DNA of 20,000 nt from an uncultured virus (IMG/VR IMGVR_UViG_3300006922_000014) (taxonomy: Duplodnaviria > Heunggongvirae > Uroviricota > Caudoviricetes), in the IMG/VR virus record IMGVR_UViG_3300006922_000014. One strand, written 5' to 3'. Positions 16,414 to 20,000 of the stretch are shown piece by piece. Every line of letters starts with the position of its first letter. The stretch's first letter is position 1. Position numbers and translations under genes: made by a program. The notes below the pieces were generated by a model. The model saw only the letters and a program-made list of their open reading frames with translations. It ran no database searches and was not told where the DNA came from.

Positions 16414-17087
16414 GGTATATCTTGCTTTTCTAACTCTTGGTTTACTTTATTAAAGACATCATTACAATCCCATTCACCACCTCTGTATGCTGCTGAAGCT
16501 GGATGTGTAACTTTATAAATTTTTTGATTATTAAGCATTGTTTCCCATGCTTCTGCTTTCTTACCCATAAGTATTACAGGTATGTTTTTCTTATGTCTAT
16601 TTATATTTTCAAATATATATCTTGAAAATGGTTTCCATAAATCATAATGTGAGCCAATAGAGTTTACTTCACATGTAAATGCTGTATTAATAAGTAATAC
16701 GCCTTGGTTAGCCCAACATCTTAAATCAGTGTGATCTGTACCAATTGCTTTGTTTATATATTGTAAAGACTTTTCTGCTTTACCTTTTCTGCTACAGCTA
16801 AAAGCTATACCATCCGCAACACCTAGCTGTGGATAAGGATCTTGACCTACTATTATACATTTAAGATCACTATAATTACATTCTTTAAAACCATTAAAGA
16901 TGTCTTTAAATCTAGGTGTAAATCTTCTTTCTGCATTTACTAAGCTTACTAGTCTTTCAACTATAAGATCAAAGTCAAGACCATTTATAAAAGGAGTAAG
17001 CATAGGTGCCCATCCTGAGTCTTGTAGTTTATCATTTGCTGAATCTCTTAATTCATTTATGTCAATGTTAATTGGTATTTGTTTCAT
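16398..17087 (-). CDS. ung: Uracil-DNA glycosylase, family 1
   Basis: IVGQDPYP, ADGIAFS, WANQGVLLINTAFT, SH..LW, LMGKKA, HPAS and F.KVN. Confidence 0.93.
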   Translation of the reverse strand: MKQIPINIDINELRDSANDKLQDSGWAPMLTPFINGLDFDLIVERLVSLVNAERRFTPRFKDIFNGFKECNYSDLKCIIVGQDPYPQLGVADGIAFSCSRKGKAEKSLQYINKAIGTDHTDLRCWANQGVLLINTAFTCEVNSIGSHYDLWKPFSRYIFENINRHKKNIPVILMGKKAEAWETMLNNQKIYKVTHPASAAYRGGEWDCNDVFNKVNQELEKQDIPCIEW

Positions 17088-17104
17088 AATTAGTTAATTA
17101 TTTG

Positions 17105-17112
17105 TATCTTTG
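17105..17112 (+). promoter_or_regulatory. Bacteroidota-type -7 promoter element (TATCTTTG)
   Basis: Exact match on the + strand, 17 nt upstream of the ATG at 17130. Confidence 0.65.
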
Positions 17113-17129
17113 ATTAAAATCTATTTATT

Positions 17130-17546
17130 ATGTCTGAGAAAAAAACTATTATAAGCTACGATGTTACTAAAAACATGGACTGTCAAATAAATCCAGCATT
17201 TATTAGCGGCTTACAGCAAATATACTATAGATATATTACTGAGTTTTATGATGATGTAGGAAATTTTGGTGAACTTATAAAAGACTTTAACCTATTGGTT
17301 ACTAATCCTAAAGAAGCTAAAGCTAAGAATAGAATTTTTACACCTGTTGAGAGTGATATTTATACACTATATTCCCTTATAACATTACTTAAAGGATTTG
17401 CTGTTGAACAAGGTTTAGAAAGAACTGAAGAAACTGCTGTAGATAAAGAAGCATTTAAAAATGCTGCTGATAAAGCTATGAAAGATAGTAGCAATCCTAT
17501 AGAGATACTAAATAATCTTACTAAAAACTTAGGAGAGCTATCTTAA
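17130..17546 (+). CDS. Hypothetical protein (only plus-strand gene)
   Basis: 138-aa ORF filling the gap between minus-strand genes, with its own promoter box and strong A/T-ending codon bias. Confidence 0.8.
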   Translation: MSEKKTIISYDVTKNMDCQINPAFISGLQQIYYRYITEFYDDVGNFGELIKDFNLLVTNPKEAKAKNRIFTPVESDIYTLYSLITLLKGFAVEQGLERTEETAVDKEAFKNAADKAMKDSSNPIEILNNLTKNLGELS

Positions 17547-17921
17547 TTGCATTCCATTAAAGTCACCTATCTCTATACATGACTGTATTGCTAAGTTCAA
17601 CTCATCTTTATCACAGTCTGCAAAAGATTTACAATACTCTTGTTTGTCTCTTACAAAACATAGCCCTGCGGATCTTTTCACTTGTATTTTGGCTTCTTCA
17701 AAGGTGTAACCAATTTCTTGTGCTATTTCTCTAATCATTGCATGTACACGTGCTAATTGTGGGTTACTACCCTTATCACCACTCACACCTACAAATATTT
17801 CTAATTTAGATCCTTCTTCAAGCTGCTCAAAGAACTTTCTATACTTAGTACCCATTGCTTTAATAGGGAAATGTAGTTGACCGTCTTTAACTGATGCTTT
17901 TATGTATAAATTATCTTTCAT
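17538..17921 (-). CDS. NinB/Orf-like recombination accessory protein
   Basis: SNPQLARVHAMIREIAQEIG...SFADCDKDELNLAIQ resembles the NinB/DUF1367 pattern (RS..QN...HA...IA; S...L...EF...IE). Confidence 0.55.
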   Translation of the reverse strand: MKDNLYIKASVKDGQLHFPIKAMGTKYRKFFEQLEEGSKLEIFVGVSGDKGSNPQLARVHAMIREIAQEIGYTFEEAKIQVKRSAGLCFVRDKQEYCKSFADCDKDELNLAIQSCIEIGDFNGMQLR

Positions 17922-18067
17922 AAAGATATTATATTGTATAAACCAGTAACTGCTACGCTAGATAAAAATATTACTATCATCCAAAAGCAACCTTTATAAA
18001 CTTTTTCCATTTGTTCAGGAGATCTTCCTTGATTGCTCCTGTACTGTCTAAATTTTTTTTGTTTCAT
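17918..18067 (-). CDS. Small membrane protein (49 aa)
   Basis: Manual translation MKQKKFRQYRSNQGRSPEQMEKVYKGCFWMIVIFLSSVAVTGLYNIISL. Basic N-terminus, one hydrophobic helix, ATGA overlap with the next gene. Confidence 0.7.
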   Translation of the reverse strand: MKQKKFRQYRSNQGRSPEQMEKVYKGCFWMIVIFLSSVAVTGLYNIISL

Positions 18068-18194
18068 TTTGTTTAATTTTTTTTAATGTTTCTAATAAAA
18101 GTATAGCAACATCCAGGTTCCTTTGTGAGGTCCCCGGATTTACTTCTACTTTATCTAATAAAGTTATAATATCCTCTACTAAATTAGCTTTCAT
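18048..18194 (-). CDS. Small hypothetical protein (48 aa)
   Basis: Manual translation MKANLVEDIITLLDKVEVNPGTSQRNLDVAILLLETLKKIKQNETKKI. Overlaps both neighbours in operon fashion. Confidence 0.6.
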   Translation of the reverse strand: MKANLVEDIITLLDKVEVNPGTSQRNLDVAILLLETLKKIKQNETKKI

Positions 18195-18429
18195 GATATT
18201 CTAATACTTTTTCTTCTATATCTTCTTCTAATAAATGTTGTACATCTACGGTAACTTGATTACCGTTAGTATCCGTGTTAGTATACCAAACATGCTTTAT
18301 ATCTGCCGTTGGCCCATAACCCGGTGTCCCTGGATCTCCATTAGAATCATACCATTGGTCTGGTTCTCCTGGATCATAAGTATATTCTACTTCTACTGTT
18401 TCTCCTGTGTTAGTTATAAATTCCATCAC
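18184..18429 (-). CDS. Small acidic hypothetical protein
   Basis: 81 aa with YDPGEP...DSNGDPGTPGYGP. GTGA overlap with the upstream gene (start may be the ATG at 18426). Confidence 0.7.
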   Translation of the reverse strand: MMEFITNTGETVEVEYTYDPGEPDQWYDSNGDPGTPGYGPTADIKHVWYTNTDTNGNQVTVDVQHLLEEDIEEKVLEYHES

Positions 18430-18665
18430 AAAAATCTTAGTGCTCCTCCGTCAACATAAACAAACTCTTGTGCACACTCAGTACACTTGGCGTTTGATTC
18501 ATTGCGTAACAAAGTTGGCATATTACAGTTAGGACAAGGAGTTTCTCCTTCTTCTATATATTCTTCAATTGCTTTTCTTGCGTAGCTATGTATCATTGCA
18601 TCATGTGCACCACGATACTCTAGCTCTTCTTGTTGCTCAATAAAGAGCTCTTTCATTCTTCCCAT
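18426..18665 (-). CDS. Small zinc-ribbon protein
   Basis: CPNC-x12-CTEC; N-terminus MGRMKELF. Confidence 0.7.
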   Translation of the reverse strand: MGRMKELFIEQQEELEYRGAHDAMIHSYARKAIEEYIEEGETPCPNCNMPTLLRNESNAKCTECAQEFVYVDGGALRFL

Positions 18666-18667
18666 AA

Positions 18668-19789
18668 TTAATTTTTTAGTGGATTATAACGTTTTATTTT
18701 ACTTGAGTCAAATGAACTAAGAGCTGACTCTACCCATTTCTCATCTTGTGTTCCTTTATAGCATAGTATATGGCATACAGCTGTCTCAGTTGGGTTAAGT
18801 CTTAATAACCTACCAATCCTTTGTGCTGTTTTCTTTTCATTACCATATGCATGCATAATAATACCTTGTTTTAGCTGAGGTATTGTAACACCTTCTGATA
18901 ACTGTAACACACAGGATAACTTATTTATACGTCCATCTGAAAAGTATTCTAAGTTATCTGCTGATTTATTATTTCCTGAATGATAGCTGTACTTACAAAC
19001 ACGGTCTGCTTGATCTTGTGTGTTTGCAAATATTATACATTTATCATCTATATTATTAACCATAGACTTAACATATGCTTCTTTAGTAGTATATTCCATA
19101 AGTGCACGCATTCTCATAATATAAGCCCATTGCTGTTGCTTAGGAGTTTGTGCTTCTGCTACTCTACGAGTAACATAAGTATAGTCTTTAATTTCACTTG
19201 TGTACCAGTGTCCACCATTTTTGTTTTTCTTCTTAAGTGATGGTACACCTGATAATTGTAAATCATGTATAACTATTCTATAATCATTTAATATGTTTGA
19301 GTCAGTAGCATCATCAACTTTAAATGTATATTTTATAGGACAGTATTTTTGTACAAGCTTTCCCTTCTCTGATTGTTTATCTCTTGGCGGTGTGCCTGTC
19401 AAACCTAATATCTTACCTGTATAAGGGCCTAAAAACAATTCATGAGAGTATTTTAATGAATGACACTCATCTAAATATACTATGTCATAGTTATTAGGAT
19501 CTTTTTTTTTAAGAGATATATAAGTTGTAAAAGTAATATGCTGAAGTAAGGACTCTAATCCCATTTTGCCTAGTTCATCAATCCAAGACTGAGTAACTGA
19601 ATGCTTTGGTACTACTACCAAGACTTGTATAAATTGATTAAAGTTCATCTGCAGGTGCTGTATAGCAATTCTTGTTTTGCCTACACCCATAGATATACCT
19701 AAACCACATCTTTTATGTTGTGTTGCAATTGCTAGTGCGTCACTCTGTACTACATCTCTGGAAAGATTAGCTGAAGGATTGTATGCCAT
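18668..19789 (-). CDS. Superfamily 2 DNA helicase (DExH, UvsW/XPB-like)
   Basis: Motif I MGVGKT, II LDECH, III GLTGT, IV IIFAN, V LSEGVTIP and VI QRIGRLLR. ATG 19789 preferred over TTG 19822. Confidence 0.9.
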   Translation of the reverse strand: MAYNPSANLSRDVVQSDALAIATQHKRCGLGISMGVGKTRIAIQHLQMNFNQFIQVLVVVPKHSVTQSWIDELGKMGLESLLQHITFTTYISLKKKDPNNYDIVYLDECHSLKYSHELFLGPYTGKILGLTGTPPRDKQSEKGKLVQKYCPIKYTFKVDDATDSNILNDYRIVIHDLQLSGVPSLKKKNKNGGHWYTSEIKDYTYVTRRVAEAQTPKQQQWAYIMRMRALMEYTTKEAYVKSMVNNIDDKCIIFANTQDQADRVCKYSYHSGNNKSADNLEYFSDGRINKLSCVLQLSEGVTIPQLKQGIIMHAYGNEKKTAQRIGRLLRLNPTETAVCHILCYKGTQDEKWVESALSSFDSSKIKRYNPLKN

Positions 19790-19863
19790 AATATTATTGT
19801 TATTGTTAAGATTATTGTCCAAACTAATGTTTTTATTAGTCTATCTTTTTGATATTGTTTCAT
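19750..19863 (-). CDS. Small membrane protein (37 aa)
   Basis: Manual translation MKQYQKDRLIKTLVWTIILTITIILWHTILQLIFPEM. ATGA coupling with the upstream ORF and a single hydrophobic helix. Confidence 0.6.
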   Translation of the reverse strand: MKQYQKDRLIKTLVWTIILTITIILWHTILQLIFPEM

Positions 19864-20000
19864 TTCTCTTTGGTGTCAAAGGTTTTGTAGAAATCTTCAA
19901 ATGTTCCGTCTCCGTCACATTCATACATACCATCTTGCCAAGCAGACTCCATCACCTCTTTCTCTTTCTCAAGCATTGCTTCGGCTGCCTCAATACACGG
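19860..20000 (-). CDS. C-terminal part of a small hypothetical phage protein (5'-truncated by window edge)
   Basis: Open frame ...PCIEAAEAMLEKEKEVMESAWQDGMYECDGDGTFEDFYKTFDTKEK*. Confidence 0.65.
   Translation of the reverse strand, partial: PCIEAAEAMLEKEKEVMESAWQDGMYECDGDGTFEDFYKTFDTKEK

Noticed and set aside
1142..19240. Plus-strand ORFs 1142..1402, 6093..6302, 9726..9911, 10088..10372, 11100..11459, 13257..13442, 13843..14160, 16900..17097, 18235..18459 and 18980..19240
   Set aside because: All lie antisense to well-supported minus-strand genes, lack motifs and have shadow-frame composition.
19790..19822. Asn-rich N-terminal extension of the SF2 helicase (MDNNLNNNNNI, TTG start)
   Set aside because: It is the alternate frame of the 37-aa membrane-peptide ORF. 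The ATG at 19789 is the more plausible start.
1..20000. Stop-codon reassignment as seen in some crAss-like phages
   Set aside because: Genes are full length in code 11, and TAG (e.g. 5137, 6125) and TGA (e.g. 14402, 15355) stops abut or overlap the next start.
1..20000. CRISPR arrays, tRNAs or structured ncRNAs
   Set aside because: Intergenic gaps are all under about 80 nt and are explained by promoters and terminators. No repeat-spacer or cloverleaf pattern was seen.

Overview
AT-rich, densely packed replication/recombination block of a tailed dsDNA phage, almost all on the minus strand and read with the standard code. The host is probably Bacteroidota: there are TAnnTTTG -7 promoter boxes, AATT-ATG starts and no Shine-Dalgarno motifs. 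The gene set resembles crAss-like/Flavobacteria phages: SF2 helicase, NinB-like protein, uracil-DNA glycosylase, DnaA-C HTH protein, DnaB, Sak4-like ATPase, SSB-like protein, primase, RusA-like resolvase, PD-(D/E)XK exonuclease, family B polymerase, MazG-like protein and a DUF932-like protein. Two things stand out. (1) A five-gene module at 6125-11050: a MoxR-type AAA+ ATPase with a DD Walker B, a HExxH-metallopeptidase/vWA protein, and three proteins sharing a helical motif, two of which also carry a split BRCT-like domain. (2) A spore-photoproduct-lyase-like radical SAM gene with a non-canonical Cx3Cx4C motif, flanked by 13-bp imperfect direct repeats that suggest insertion into the 3' end of the MazG-like gene. 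All family calls come from motif recognition by eye; no searches were run.
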